The position numbers and the translations under genes were made by a program. The notes under the pieces were generated by a model. The model did no database searches and was not told the origin of the DNA. It was given only the letters and a program-made list of their open reading frames with translations. A stretch of DNA of 64,000 nucleotides from an uncultured Pirellulales bacterium (GTDB lineage: Bacteria; Planctomycetota; Phycisphaerae; Sedimentisphaerales; Anaerobacaceae): contig CAZEPI010000011.1 of the NCBI GenBank assembly GCA_964514115.1, positions 7,443 through 71,442 of the forward strand. The letters are read 5' to 3'. Of this stretch, positions 53,446 through 62,690 are shown piece by piece. Position 1 is the stretch's first letter, and each line of letters opens with the position of its first letter.

Positions 53446-54405
53446 TTATTTTGACTTGTCCTCTTTATTTTGGCTCCGGCTGTTTGTGTTTTTATCGTTT
53501 TTTGTTTTGGGCGCAATTTTTATTTCTTCTCTTGGTACGGCGACTCTGGTGCCGTTGTCAAGTTCGACCACTACAAGCTGGGTCAGGATTTGTGTGTTGA
53601 CGACTTTACCGTTTCCATGCTCGGTTTCAACTCTGGTACTCTTTTTTGGCAGGAGTTTTTTAAGTTCGGTGTAGGTTTTATCCTCGTAACGCAGGCAGCA
53701 TTTGAGTCGGCCGCAGTATCCGGAGATTTTTGAGGGGTCGAGGGTGGCTTTCTGGAGTTTAGCCATTCTCATATTAACGGGCTTAAGGGCCTGGAGGAAT
53801 CTGATGCAGCAGCACTGCTGGCCGCAGCTCTCGAAATCGCCGAGTATTTTGGCTTCATCTCGAGAGCCGATTTGTCTCATTTCGATTCTGGTCTGGTATT
53901 CCTGCGCGAGTTTTTTTACGAGCTGTCTGAAATCGACTCTGCCGTCGGCCATGAAGTAGAAGATAATTCTTTCGCCGCCGATGATGTGCTCGGCGTCAAC
54001 GATTTTCATGTCAAGGTTCATTTCTTTAGCGAGGTTTCGGCAGAAGTCGGCCTCTTCTTTTGCGATTTGCCGGAAGTGTCTTTCTTCGCTGATGTCTTCG
54101 GGAGTGGCGAATCGGATGAATTTACCGGCGGGCTGGGGGCAGAAGTCGATGTTGGCATCGGTGAAGTATTGCGTGATTTGGCTTTCTGAGAGCTTGAGGT
54201 TTCCGGCCTTGTATGCGGTGGGGTTTCCGACGAGCGAGCCGAGTTCGAGTCCCTTATCGGTTTTGATGACGACGCGAGTGGGCAGGGCGGGGATGGAGGT
54301 CTGGTTGTGCTCGAAGAGACCGAGGATGTTCATTCGGCTGTATCGGGCGAGCATATATTTTTTATTCTTAGCCAGCTTGGGCTTTGTAGCTGTGTTTTCG
54401 GTCAT
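53446..54405 (-). CDS. PSP1 domain protein (YaaT/RicT-like)
   Basis: A Cys-rich PSP1 block is present (CGQQCCCIRFL ... CGRLKCCLRYE). The position next to holB-tmk matches Firmicutes synteny. Confidence 0.8.
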   Translation of the reverse strand: MTENTATKPKLAKNKKYMLARYSRMNILGLFEHNQTSIPALPTRVVIKTDKGLELGSLVGNPTAYKAGNLKLSESQITQYFTDANIDFCPQPAGKFIRFATPEDISEERHFRQIAKEEADFCRNLAKEMNLDMKIVDAEHIIGGERIIFYFMADGRVDFRQLVKKLAQEYQTRIEMRQIGSRDEAKILGDFESCGQQCCCIRFLQALKPVNMRMAKLQKATLDPSKISGYCGRLKCCLRYEDKTYTELKKLLPKKSTRVETEHGNGKVVNTQILTQLVVVELDNGTRVAVPREEIKIAPKTKNDKNTNSRSQNKEDKSK

Positions 54406-54497
54406 AGGGTATTCCAGCGTGTTTTATGACGGACGAGGCCGAATTCGACGGCGTAACTGCATATTGTGTGGCAGCGGCCCCGACGTTGGCAAGCAAC

Positions 54498-55610
54498 CTA
54501 AACCTTCATACTATCAGAATCGGTGAGATTTAACAATAGCTGCTCGAAGATAAGTCTTTCGTTGACGCTGGATTCGATCCAATGAAGCGTTTTGTAGCAG
54601 TCGGCGATTTTTTCGGCCGCTGTCTCAGGGTCGAAGCGGCGCGCGAGCAGCTCTATTTGGGGCCTCTGGTCGGAGTTGGTAAGTGGTTTTTGGGGGTCGA
54701 TTTGAAACAGCATAGCGTCGTGGAGGGCGGCGATGATGATCTGGACGACGGTCTTCTGGGCTTTTCGGCTGATGTCGGATTTGCTTGTGGCGGGGTCGAT
54801 TTTGTGCCAGGCGTCGGCGATGGTTTTGGCATTTTCGATGAGCCGGCCGGCGAGGTCGATGGAATTTTGGTATTTGGCTTTTGCGATGGAGTTTAGGATG
54901 TCGGTTTTGATTTGGCAGATGTCGGCGTCGGCGAGCTGTAGTTTTGTCCATTGGCAGGCCAGGCCGAGCGAGCCCTGAGCGAGGCGGGCGAAGTATCGGG
55001 CCTGTGTGTCGGCCAGTCCCATCGGCTGGATGGTTTGGATTATTATGTCTTCGTCGATTGGGCCGAAGCGGACGGTCTGGCAACGCGAGCGGATGGTGGC
55101 AAATAGCTTGTCGGGTCGAGTGCAGAGAAGGATGATGCAGCAGTAGGCAGGGGGCTCTTCGAGGACCTTGAGCAGGGCGTTTTGTGAGGCGATGTTGAGT
55201 TTTTCGGCTTCGGAGAGGACGAAGATTTTTCTCGCCGAGAAGGTGGGTTTGGCTGCGACTTTTTCGATGAGGAACTCGCGGACGACGTCGATGGGGAATT
55301 CGACGGGGGGGGCTTTGTCTTTTCCGTCTTTGGTGAATTCGCGCAGCTCTTTGTAGATGTGTTCAAAGTCGGGGTGTGAGCCGGCGTCGGCGAGTCGGCA
55401 GGATTCGCATCGCCCGCAACTGTCAGAGAAACCGTTATCGGCGGTTGGCTTCTTGCATAGCAGCAGCTTCGCAAATTCCTTCGCGGTGGTAAACTTTCCA
55501 ACGCCTTCGGGGCCTGCGAAGATGTAGGCGTGCGCGACCTTGTCCGCGGCGAAGGCCCGCTGCAGAGCGGCGATTGTTTTGTCCTGGCAATGGATTTGGT
55601 TGAGTGACAT
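54498..55610 (-). CDS. holB: DNA polymerase III subunit delta'
   Basis: Motifs HAYIFAGPEGVGKFTTA, the zinc module CGRCESCRL, and the SRC-like TIRSRCQTVRF. Confidence 0.85.
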   Translation of the reverse strand: MSLNQIHCQDKTIAALQRAFAADKVAHAYIFAGPEGVGKFTTAKEFAKLLLCKKPTADNGFSDSCGRCESCRLADAGSHPDFEHIYKELREFTKDGKDKAPPVEFPIDVVREFLIEKVAAKPTFSARKIFVLSEAEKLNIASQNALLKVLEEPPAYCCIILLCTRPDKLFATIRSRCQTVRFGPIDEDIIIQTIQPMGLADTQARYFARLAQGSLGLACQWTKLQLADADICQIKTDILNSIAKAKYQNSIDLAGRLIENAKTIADAWHKIDPATSKSDISRKAQKTVVQIIIAALHDAMLFQIDPQKPLTNSDQRPQIELLARRFDPETAAEKIADCYKTLHWIESSVNERLIFEQLLLNLTDSDSMKV

Positions 55611-56306
55611 TTAACCGAAATCAAGTTCTTCAAGTGTGCGTAGGATGCGTTCGTGTACGGTCTTTATGTCGCCGGAACCGTCCACGATTTTTACGGTCTT
55701 CGGATAGTATTCTGGTAGCCTGAGGAATTCTTTCCTTGTTTTTCGGTGGTATTCCAGCGGCCTGGAATCGAACCGGTCCGCAATAGCGTTGCCGAACAGG
55801 TAAGCTTGATAGGCGTCTTTATGATTTACTTTGGTTTTTTGGTAGCGCTTGTGTCCTGTTCGCTCGCGTCCTTCTTCGACCGGCAAATCAATTACTATAG
55901 TGAGATCCGGCCACGTGTCTCCTACCGCTAGTATTCCCAGCTCGATTATTTTGGCGGTTGGATATCCGGCACTGCCCTGATAGGCGCAGGTGGACGAGAT
56001 AAACCTATCGCACAGGACCGTCTTGCCTGCTTGGAGGGATGGTTCGATCAGTTCTGCCACAAGCTGAGCTCGCGAGGCCATGAACAACATGACCTCTGTA
56101 TTTACAGCCATTTCACCTTGGGCGTCGTACTTCAAGAGCCGGCTGATCTGGTTACCGATCTTAGTACCTCCCGGGTCTGTGGTTTGAATGACGTCGAGTC
56201 CTTGCGCCTTAAGGTAATGGGCGAGCAACTCCAGTTGCTCGGTTTTTCCGCAACCGTCGGGGCCGTCAAGGACAATGAATTTAGCTGCTAATTTTCTTGC
56301 GTTCAT
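55611..56306 (-). CDS. tmk: dTMP kinase
   Basis: The P-loop FIVLDGPDGCGKTEQ and DRF/DR motifs are present. ATG 56306 overlaps the upstream ORF stop as ATGA. Confidence 0.9.
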   Translation of the reverse strand: MNARKLAAKFIVLDGPDGCGKTEQLELLAHYLKAQGLDVIQTTDPGGTKIGNQISRLLKYDAQGEMAVNTEVMLFMASRAQLVAELIEPSLQAGKTVLCDRFISSTCAYQGSAGYPTAKIIELGILAVGDTWPDLTIVIDLPVEEGRERTGHKRYQKTKVNHKDAYQAYLFGNAIADRFDSRPLEYHRKTRKEFLRLPEYYPKTVKIVDGSGDIKTVHERILRTLEELDFG

Positions 56307-56557
56307 TCTTTCCAACCTTTAGCCGCGGCAACTTTTTGAGCAAGTTCTTCGCCATAGCACCTGCGGATGACCTCAAGTCTGACTTGCTGTTCTGTGAACT
56401 CAGGGTGCTGTTTCTTTATGTCCGCGATTAGTTCCTGACGTGCTTTATCGCTCAACTGGAAGGTCATCTCAGCCCGGCCTTCTATGCCGATTCGCTCAAG
56501 AATCTCAAACTGCTTTCGCAAAGCATCAATAGTCGTGTCTCTTGGTATTAAGTTCAT
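56303..56557 (-). CDS. hypothetical 84-aa helical protein
   Basis: The ORF is translationally coupled to tmk (ATGA overlap). No motif recognised. Confidence 0.5.
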   Translation of the reverse strand: MNLIPRDTTIDALRKQFEILERIGIEGRAEMTFQLSDKARQELIADIKKQHPEFTEQQVRLEVIRRCYGEELAQKVAAAKGWKE

Positions 56558-56572
56558 TTGGCACCCTGAACG

Positions 56573-57001
56573 TCATTTGGACAGCCAGTTTACTATTAGC
56601 GTGCTGATAATGCCACCGAGGAAAGCGACAATCAGCCACATCCAGTGTCCCTTGTATTCTGAATACCACAAGCCCGTCCGTGACCACCACGAATCATATT
56701 TTCTTCCTAAATCGTATCCTTTCAGCGTGAATTCTAAACACATATTTTCTGTGAATTCATCTTCTGGAGAAGAAAGGAAATTCTTCATATCCATCTCATC
56801 GGCCGCAAAGTAATTAGCCAGATATTCGATGTGTTCTTCGCCTCCTTCTTTAATTTCGTGAATCAATCCTCGCTCTATGAGATTACGGGTTGCATTGTAA
56901 GCTCTCTGAGACAGATGGGTGAAGTATCCAGTTGTGTCTAAATTAGGAAGGCAAGAGTAATATTTGCGTAGTGTTTTTCTTTCGTCTTTTAGCAGCCACA
57001 T
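56573..57001 (-). CDS. hypothetical protein with wHTH-like N-terminus and C-terminal TM helix
   Basis: The segment RAYNATRNLIERGLIHE looks like a recognition helix. The C-terminus WMWLIVAFLGGIISTLIVNW is a TM helix. AT-rich: the 60-nt line at 56701 was counted at 32% GC, against 62% for the line at 57061 in dnaE. Confidence 0.5.
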   Translation of the reverse strand: MWLLKDERKTLRKYYSCLPNLDTTGYFTHLSQRAYNATRNLIERGLIHEIKEGGEEHIEYLANYFAADEMDMKNFLSSPEDEFTENMCLEFTLKGYDLGRKYDSWWSRTGLWYSEYKGHWMWLIVAFLGGIISTLIVNWLSK

Positions 57002-57012
57002 ATTGCTTGCCT

Positions 57013-60000
57013 CTATTTTGTTAGCTGGAGATTTTCCTGGCCGACGAGGTGTCGGATTTTTCTGCAGAAGTCGGGGTCGGGATTGACGGCGAGGTTTTTG
57101 TCGGCTGCCGCGTGGACCTTTCCTTTGTTGGTGCTAACGGCGACATATACAGGGCTTTTGCCTTTGTGGTGCAGGCATATAGATTTAATGGCAGCGACTT
57201 TTTCTTTGGTGACGCTTTTGGCGTCGAGGTTGATACGGACTTTGGCGGCGAGACTGTCGGCGGCCTGTTCGAGGGGAATGATTTCGGCGGCGAGGACGTT
57301 TGGTTTTTCTCTTCTGAAGTCGAGTCGGCCTTTAACGAAGACGATTTTGTCGGGTGCGAGGAAGTCGGCGTATTGCCGGAGCGTGTTTGGGAAGAGGACG
57401 ACTTCTGTTTGCCCCTGGAGGTCTTCGAGTGTGCAGACGGCCATTTTAGCGCCGGCGTTTCGGCCGGACTTTGTGAGGTTGTATCTTATTTTGGAAATCA
57501 TACCTCCGATGACGACCTGTTTGTTTTCTCCGAGGTCGGTGAGCTGCGAGGTATTGGCGGTTGAATAGAGACTTATGATTTCGGCGCAGTGGCTGAGCGG
57601 GTTGCTGGTGACATAGAAGCCGAGGACCTGTTTTTCGTATGCGAGCATCTGCGGCTCGGGCCAGGGGGCGGCGTACGGCAGCTTTTTGTGGTCCTGTGAG
57701 TAGTCGGTTTTTGTGACTTGGCCGAAGAAGCTAAGCTGTCCGTTGTTTTTGTCGGTCTGGACGGCCTGGCCTATTTGCATGGCTTTTTCGAGCCCTTTGG
57801 TCATCTGAGCGCGGTTTCCGCCGAGGCGGTCGAATGCGCCTGCTTTTATGAGGGCGTCGAGGATCTGTTTGTTGGCGGCGCGGAGGTCAACGTTTTCGCA
57901 GAAGTGGAACAAGCTCTGGAACCGTCCTGTTTTTTCCCTTGCGTGGATGATTTGCTCGACGGCCTTTTCACCGACGCCTTTAACGGCGGCCAGGCCGAAG
58001 CGGATGACGCCTTTCCTGGGTTTTTCGTTTTCGCTGGCCTTATAGAGGGGAGTGAAATCGACGCCGCTTTCGTTGATGTCGGGGGGCAGGACCTCGATAC
58101 CCATATCGGCGCATTCGGCGATGTAGTCAACGATTTTGTCGGTGTTTTGCATTTCGTATGTGAGCAGGGCGGCCATATATTCGACGGGCCAGTGGACTTT
58201 CATATAGGCGGTCTGGTAAGCGATGAAGGCGTAGCGGGTGGAGTGTGATTTGTTGAAGCCGTAGCCGGCGAATCGTTCAATAAGCTCGAAGATTTGTTTT
58301 GCCCGGGGTTTTTTGAGGCCTTTGTCGGAGCAGCCAGTGATGAATCTTTCTTTTTCTTTGGCGATGGTCTTGGCCTTCTTTTTGCTTATGGCTTTTATGA
58401 GCGTATAGGCCTCTCGCAGGGGGATGTCGCCGAGCTGGTTGCAGATGCGCATCACCTGTTCCTGGTAAACCATGATGCCGTAGGTTTCTTCGAGAATGTC
58501 GTTCATAATGGCGTGGGGAAGAGACCATTTTCCGCCGTGCTTTCGGTCGATGTAATCCGGGATGAGCGTCATAGGGCCGGGTCGATAGAGGGCGTTTGCG
58601 GCAATGAGGTCCTGGATTCTGTCGGGCTTCATTCTTATGAGGAGCTGCTGCATGCCGCCTGATTCGAACTGGAAGATTCCTTTTGTTTTCCCTTTTGCGA
58701 AGAGCTTAAAGACGGCGGGGTCGTTCAGGTCGAGTTTTTCGAGGTCGATGTCACGGTCGTGTAATTGTTTTACGAGCTGTCTCGCTCGTTCGAGGACGGA
58801 GAGTGTTTTTAGCCCGAGGAAATCCATTTTGAGCAGGCCGACTTTTTCGACCGTAGGGCCTTCAAACTGTGTGATGATGTCGTCGGAGCCGGGTGCTTTG
58901 TAGAGCGGGATGAAGTTGGTGAGAGGTTCGTCGGCGATGACGACACCGGCGGCGTGGACGGAGGCGTGTCGTGCGAGGCCCTCGAGTTTCTTGCTGATGT
59001 CGATGACCTTTCGAGTCTGGGGGTCTTTTTCGTAGGCCTGCTTTAGCTGGGGTTCGGTCTGGAGGGCGACGTCGAGCGTCATGCCGAGGGATTCGGGGAC
59101 GAGCTTTGCGAGGCGGTCTGCTTCGCGCAGCGGGACATCGAGGACTCTGCAGATATCGCGGATGACGGCGCGTGCTTTCATTGTTCCGAAGGTTATGATT
59201 TGAGCGACGTGGCCGTATTTCTGCCGGACGTAGTCGATGATTTTGGGCCGGCTTGTCTGGCAGATGTCGATGTCGATGTCGGGCATTTCGTTTCTTGCCG
59301 GGTCCATGAAACGTTCGAAGAGCAGGTCGTACCTGACGGGGTCGATGTTGCAGAGGCCGAGCAGGTAGCCGACGAGTGTGCCGACGCCGCTGCCTCTTGC
59401 GCCTACGGGGATATTGTTCTTGTGGGCGTAGTCGCAGAAGTCCCAGACGATGAGGAAGTAGCTTGCAAAGCCCTTCGATTCGATGACGTTGAGTTCTCTG
59501 TCGAGTCGTTCTTTAATCTGGTCTGTGAGCTGCGGGTAGATCTGGTTTGCCTTTTCGTAGCAGAGTTTTGTGAGGAACTGTTCGGCAGTAGAGCCGTCGG
59601 GCGGGGCGAATCGTGGTGCGTGTCGAGTTTTTAGATCGAGCTCGACGTTGCAGCGTTCAGCGATGGCCAGGGTGTTGTCGCAGGCCTCGGGCGTGTCGGC
59701 GAAGAGGTCTCTCATCTGTTGAGGGCTTTTGAGGAATACGTCGGCCGGATAAATCATTCTGGTCGGGTCGTCGGCTTTCTTGCCGGTGCTGATGGCGCAG
59801 AGACAGTTGTGTGCCTCGTGGTCGTCTTCTTCGAGGAAGTGGACGTCGTTAGTGGCGACAAGCCCTATGCCGAGTTTTTTTGCCAGGTCTATAAGGGCCT
59901 GTCGGGTATTGGGGTCGTCGCCCTGGTGGTTTTGTATTTCGATGAAGAATCTTTCGGTGCCGAAGATTTTGAGGTATGTTTCGGTGGTCTTTGTTGCGGC

Positions 60001-60471
60001 CTTTTGGTTTCCGGCGGCGAGATTGACGGCTATTTCGCCTTTGAGGCAGGCGGTTGTGGCGATGAGACCTTCGTTTAGCTCGGCGAGCAGGTCCTTGTCG
60101 ATTCTTGGTCTGTAGTAGAAGCCCTCGAGGAAGCCGGCACTGGCGAGCTTTATGAGGTTTTGATAGCCGGTATCGTTTTCTGCTAACAGGACGAGGTGAT
60201 GGGCGGCGTCACTGATGGTGGTTTTTGTGCGGTCGAATCTGCTTTTTGGTGCGACGTAGGCCTCGATGCCGATGACTGGTTTTATGTGGGCGGATTTTGC
60301 CTTTGAGTAGAACTCGACGGCGCCGAACATATTTCCGTGGTCGGTGACGGCGACGGTGTCCATATCGAGCTGTTTGCAGCGTTTTGTGAGCTTGTCGATT
60401 GATATGGCGCCGTCGAGGAGTGAGTAATGGCTGTGTAGGTGTAGATGAACAAATCCGTTGTTGCTCTGCAC
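57013..60471 (-). CDS. dnaE: DNA polymerase III alpha subunit
   Basis: The PHP domain start FVHLHLHSHYSLLDGA is present. The protein is 1152 aa with canonical DnaE blocks (GFNKSH, FDRLGGNR). Confidence 0.95.
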   Translation of the reverse strand: MQSNNGFVHLHLHSHYSLLDGAISIDKLTKRCKQLDMDTVAVTDHGNMFGAVEFYSKAKSAHIKPVIGIEAYVAPKSRFDRTKTTISDAAHHLVLLAENDTGYQNLIKLASAGFLEGFYYRPRIDKDLLAELNEGLIATTACLKGEIAVNLAAGNQKAATKTTETYLKIFGTERFFIEIQNHQGDDPNTRQALIDLAKKLGIGLVATNDVHFLEEDDHEAHNCLCAISTGKKADDPTRMIYPADVFLKSPQQMRDLFADTPEACDNTLAIAERCNVELDLKTRHAPRFAPPDGSTAEQFLTKLCYEKANQIYPQLTDQIKERLDRELNVIESKGFASYFLIVWDFCDYAHKNNIPVGARGSGVGTLVGYLLGLCNIDPVRYDLLFERFMDPARNEMPDIDIDICQTSRPKIIDYVRQKYGHVAQIITFGTMKARAVIRDICRVLDVPLREADRLAKLVPESLGMTLDVALQTEPQLKQAYEKDPQTRKVIDISKKLEGLARHASVHAAGVVIADEPLTNFIPLYKAPGSDDIITQFEGPTVEKVGLLKMDFLGLKTLSVLERARQLVKQLHDRDIDLEKLDLNDPAVFKLFAKGKTKGIFQFESGGMQQLLIRMKPDRIQDLIAANALYRPGPMTLIPDYIDRKHGGKWSLPHAIMNDILEETYGIMVYQEQVMRICNQLGDIPLREAYTLIKAISKKKAKTIAKEKERFITGCSDKGLKKPRAKQIFELIERFAGYGFNKSHSTRYAFIAYQTAYMKVHWPVEYMAALLTYEMQNTDKIVDYIAECADMGIEVLPPDINESGVDFTPLYKASENEKPRKGVIRFGLAAVKGVGEKAVEQIIHAREKTGRFQSLFHFCENVDLRAANKQILDALIKAGAFDRLGGNRAQMTKGLEKAMQIGQAVQTDKNNGQLSFFGQVTKTDYSQDHKKLPYAAPWPEPQMLAYEKQVLGFYVTSNPLSHCAEIISLYSTANTSQLTDLGENKQVVIGGMISKIRYNLTKSGRNAGAKMAVCTLEDLQGQTEVVLFPNTLRQYADFLAPDKIVFVKGRLDFRREKPNVLAAEIIPLEQAADSLAAKVRINLDAKSVTKEKVAAIKSICLHHKGKSPVYVAVSTNKGKVHAAADKNLAVNPDPDFCRKIRHLVGQENLQLTK

Positions 60472-60604
60472 GGGTCAATCCTTTTTTTATGGGTTAGTTT
60501 GTTGTTGCCAATCTGCGGTTGATGGTGAATAATTGTAATTGCTTGAGAAAAAGTAATCAAGAACCAAACGAACGCAAAGGCAGTTAAGATGAAGGGGTTT
60601 TACT

Positions 60605-61657
60605 ATGGATTGGGACCGGGAGGATAATTTCGGCAGCGGCGAAGGCAGCGGAGGTGCGGGTCCGCCGCCTATTCCTGTTGCGCGGCCGCTGGAGCCGAGG
60701 AGAAAGGGCAGCGGGTGGAAGGTGTTCTGGGGGGTGGTTCTGGCGCTATCGGTCTTTGCGAACATCATTTTGTTTTTGGCGCTCGTGGGCACGGTGGCGG
60801 TGTTTGCTGCGGGCAGAGAGCGGATGTTTATGGAGGAGGTAATCCGTAAGGGGCCTCGGACGGCGAAGATAGCGGTGGTTTCGATTAACGGGATAATCGA
60901 CGATGAGCAGTCACGGGGTTTCTGGCAGCAAATGAAGGCGGTTGCTGAGGACAAATACGTAAAGGGGGTGATAGTTCGGGTGAATTCTCCCGGCGGGACG
61001 ATATCCGGCAGCGACGAGATACACAACGAGATATTGAAGTATCGCGCCGAGCAGGGCAAGCCGGTCGTTGCATTTATGCAGGGGATGGCGGCATCGGGCG
61101 GGTACTATACCTCGGTGGCCTGCGAGCGGATAGTGGCAGAGCCCACCACGATAACCGGCTCGATTGGCGTGATAATGGGCTATCTCGTGTTGGAGGAGCT
61201 TTTGGAAGAGAAGCTTGGTATTCAACCGGTGATAGTCACGGGCGGTGAGAAGAAAGACTGGGTAAGCTCATTTCGCGCGCCGACGGAAGAACAGCTTGAG
61301 TATATCGACCAGCGAGTGGTCAGGCCCGCTTATGAGCGTTTTGTGCAGGTTGTGACCGACGGAAGGGAGTCGCTTTCGGCTGAGCAGGTCGGCGCGGTGG
61401 CCGACGGCGGGATTTATACGGCCCCACAGGCACTTGAGGAAGGCCTGATAGATGAAATCGGCTATATGGATGATGCGATAAAGGCGGTGCTGACTCTGGC
61501 CGGAATAGAAGAAGCGCAGGTCGTGGAGTATCGCCGGCTGTGGTCTTTTGCTCAGATGCTTGGGGCCGAGCAGAAAGGGCTGTTATCGCTTAGCAAGAGC
61601 GACCTCTATGAGCTTTGTGTGCCGCAGGTGATGTACCTCTGGACGACGTTTGAATAG
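60605..61657 (+). CDS. sppA: signal peptide peptidase SppA (36K type, S49)
   Basis: N-terminal TM helix. Motifs VRVNSPGGT and MAASGGYY (Ser nucleophile region). Confidence 0.85.
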   Translation: MDWDREDNFGSGEGSGGAGPPPIPVARPLEPRRKGSGWKVFWGVVLALSVFANIILFLALVGTVAVFAAGRERMFMEEVIRKGPRTAKIAVVSINGIIDDEQSRGFWQQMKAVAEDKYVKGVIVRVNSPGGTISGSDEIHNEILKYRAEQGKPVVAFMQGMAASGGYYTSVACERIVAEPTTITGSIGVIMGYLVLEELLEEKLGIQPVIVTGGEKKDWVSSFRAPTEEQLEYIDQRVVRPAYERFVQVVTDGRESLSAEQVGAVADGGIYTAPQALEEGLIDEIGYMDDAIKAVLTLAGIEEAQVVEYRRLWSFAQMLGAEQKGLLSLSKSDLYELCVPQVMYLWTTFE

Positions 61658-61700
61658 CAGCAGTGCGGCGCCTGGCAGAGCGAAGCGGATATATACAGGG

Positions 61701-61729
61701 GCGGCCATTAGTGTGGCCGCTCTTCTCTT
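61701..61729 (+). terminator. rho-independent terminator after sppA
   Basis: GCGGCCA (61701-61707), loop TTAGTG, TGGCCGC (61714-61720), then TCTTCTCTT. Confidence 0.6.
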
Positions 61730-61787
61730 GTCACTGCCGCATCCAGCGCAGACAGTATTAGCGGAGAGTTGATATAAAGGAGCAATC

Positions 61788-62516
61788 ATGAAAATCATGA
61801 TTTTTAACGGTTCGCCGCGTGGTGAGTGGGGAAATACGCAGGTTATGGTTGAGGCGTTTGCCAAGGGCGCATCGCAGGCCGGTGCGGACGTGGAAACGGT
61901 ATTCCTTGCGCAAAAGGAAATACAGCACTGCCGGGGCTGTCTTAGCTGCTGGCTGAAGACGCCGGGCCGGTGCGTCATCAAAGATGATATGGAAGGGCTT
62001 CTGGAGAAGGTTAAGGGCTGTGATGTTGTAGTATTTGCGACCCCTTTGTACGTCGATAACGTCACAGGGATTATGAAGAGCTTTATGGACCGGCTGATTC
62101 CATTAGGGGACCCGCATTTTAACAAGGATGAAAACGGCGAATGTAAGCATGCGCCGAGAGTTGAGAAGGTCCCCAAGGTTGTCGTCATCTCGAACTGTGG
62201 TTTTCCCGAACAGAGCCACTTTCAGGTCCTGCGGCTGTTGTTCAGGCGCGTTGCTCGGAACATGAATACCGACGTGATTGGAGAGATATATCGTGGAGCC
62301 GGCGCGATGCTTGCCGAGCATCCGGTGATAATCAAGCCGTTAATCTATCGCTACAGGCAATTGGTCCGGCAGGCGGGCAAAGAAATTGTCGAGCAGGGCC
62401 GGATATCACAGGACCTTCACCACCTTCTGGAAAAGCCCCTGCTGCCGGATGATATGTATATCTCCAATGCTAACAAGTACTTCGACAAGGTCCTTGCCGA
62501 ATTGCAGGAGGGTTGA
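61788..62516 (+). CDS. iron-sulfur flavoprotein (Isf)-like / NADPH-dependent FMN reductase family protein
   Basis: Flavodoxin-like start MKIMIFNGSPRG. Compact Cys motif C-x2-C-x2-C-x7-C (HCRGCLSCWLKTPGRC). Confidence 0.75.
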   Translation: MKIMIFNGSPRGEWGNTQVMVEAFAKGASQAGADVETVFLAQKEIQHCRGCLSCWLKTPGRCVIKDDMEGLLEKVKGCDVVVFATPLYVDNVTGIMKSFMDRLIPLGDPHFNKDENGECKHAPRVEKVPKVVVISNCGFPEQSHFQVLRLLFRRVARNMNTDVIGEIYRGAGAMLAEHPVIIKPLIYRYRQLVRQAGKEIVEQGRISQDLHHLLEKPLLPDDMYISNANKYFDKVLAELQEG

Positions 62517-62626
62517 GCCGGCAGAGGCAGCAATACCCCGGTGATTATATCTGAGTTGTATGCCTGAACACAGGTGGGCCGGATGCCGCGACGTCTTGCA
62601 CAGGCGCATCATCACGGGAAAAAAAC

Positions 62627-62662
62627 AAAGGGCAAAGCCGCCGCTTGGCGACTTTGCCCTTT
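62627..62662. terminator. bidirectional intrinsic terminator between convergent genes
   Basis: AAAGGGCAAAG (62627-62637) pairs with CTTTGCCCTTT (62652-62662). An A-run lies upstream and a T-run downstream. Confidence 0.65.
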
Positions 62663-62690
62663 TGAATCCAGCGAATCTTAGTTGCCTACG

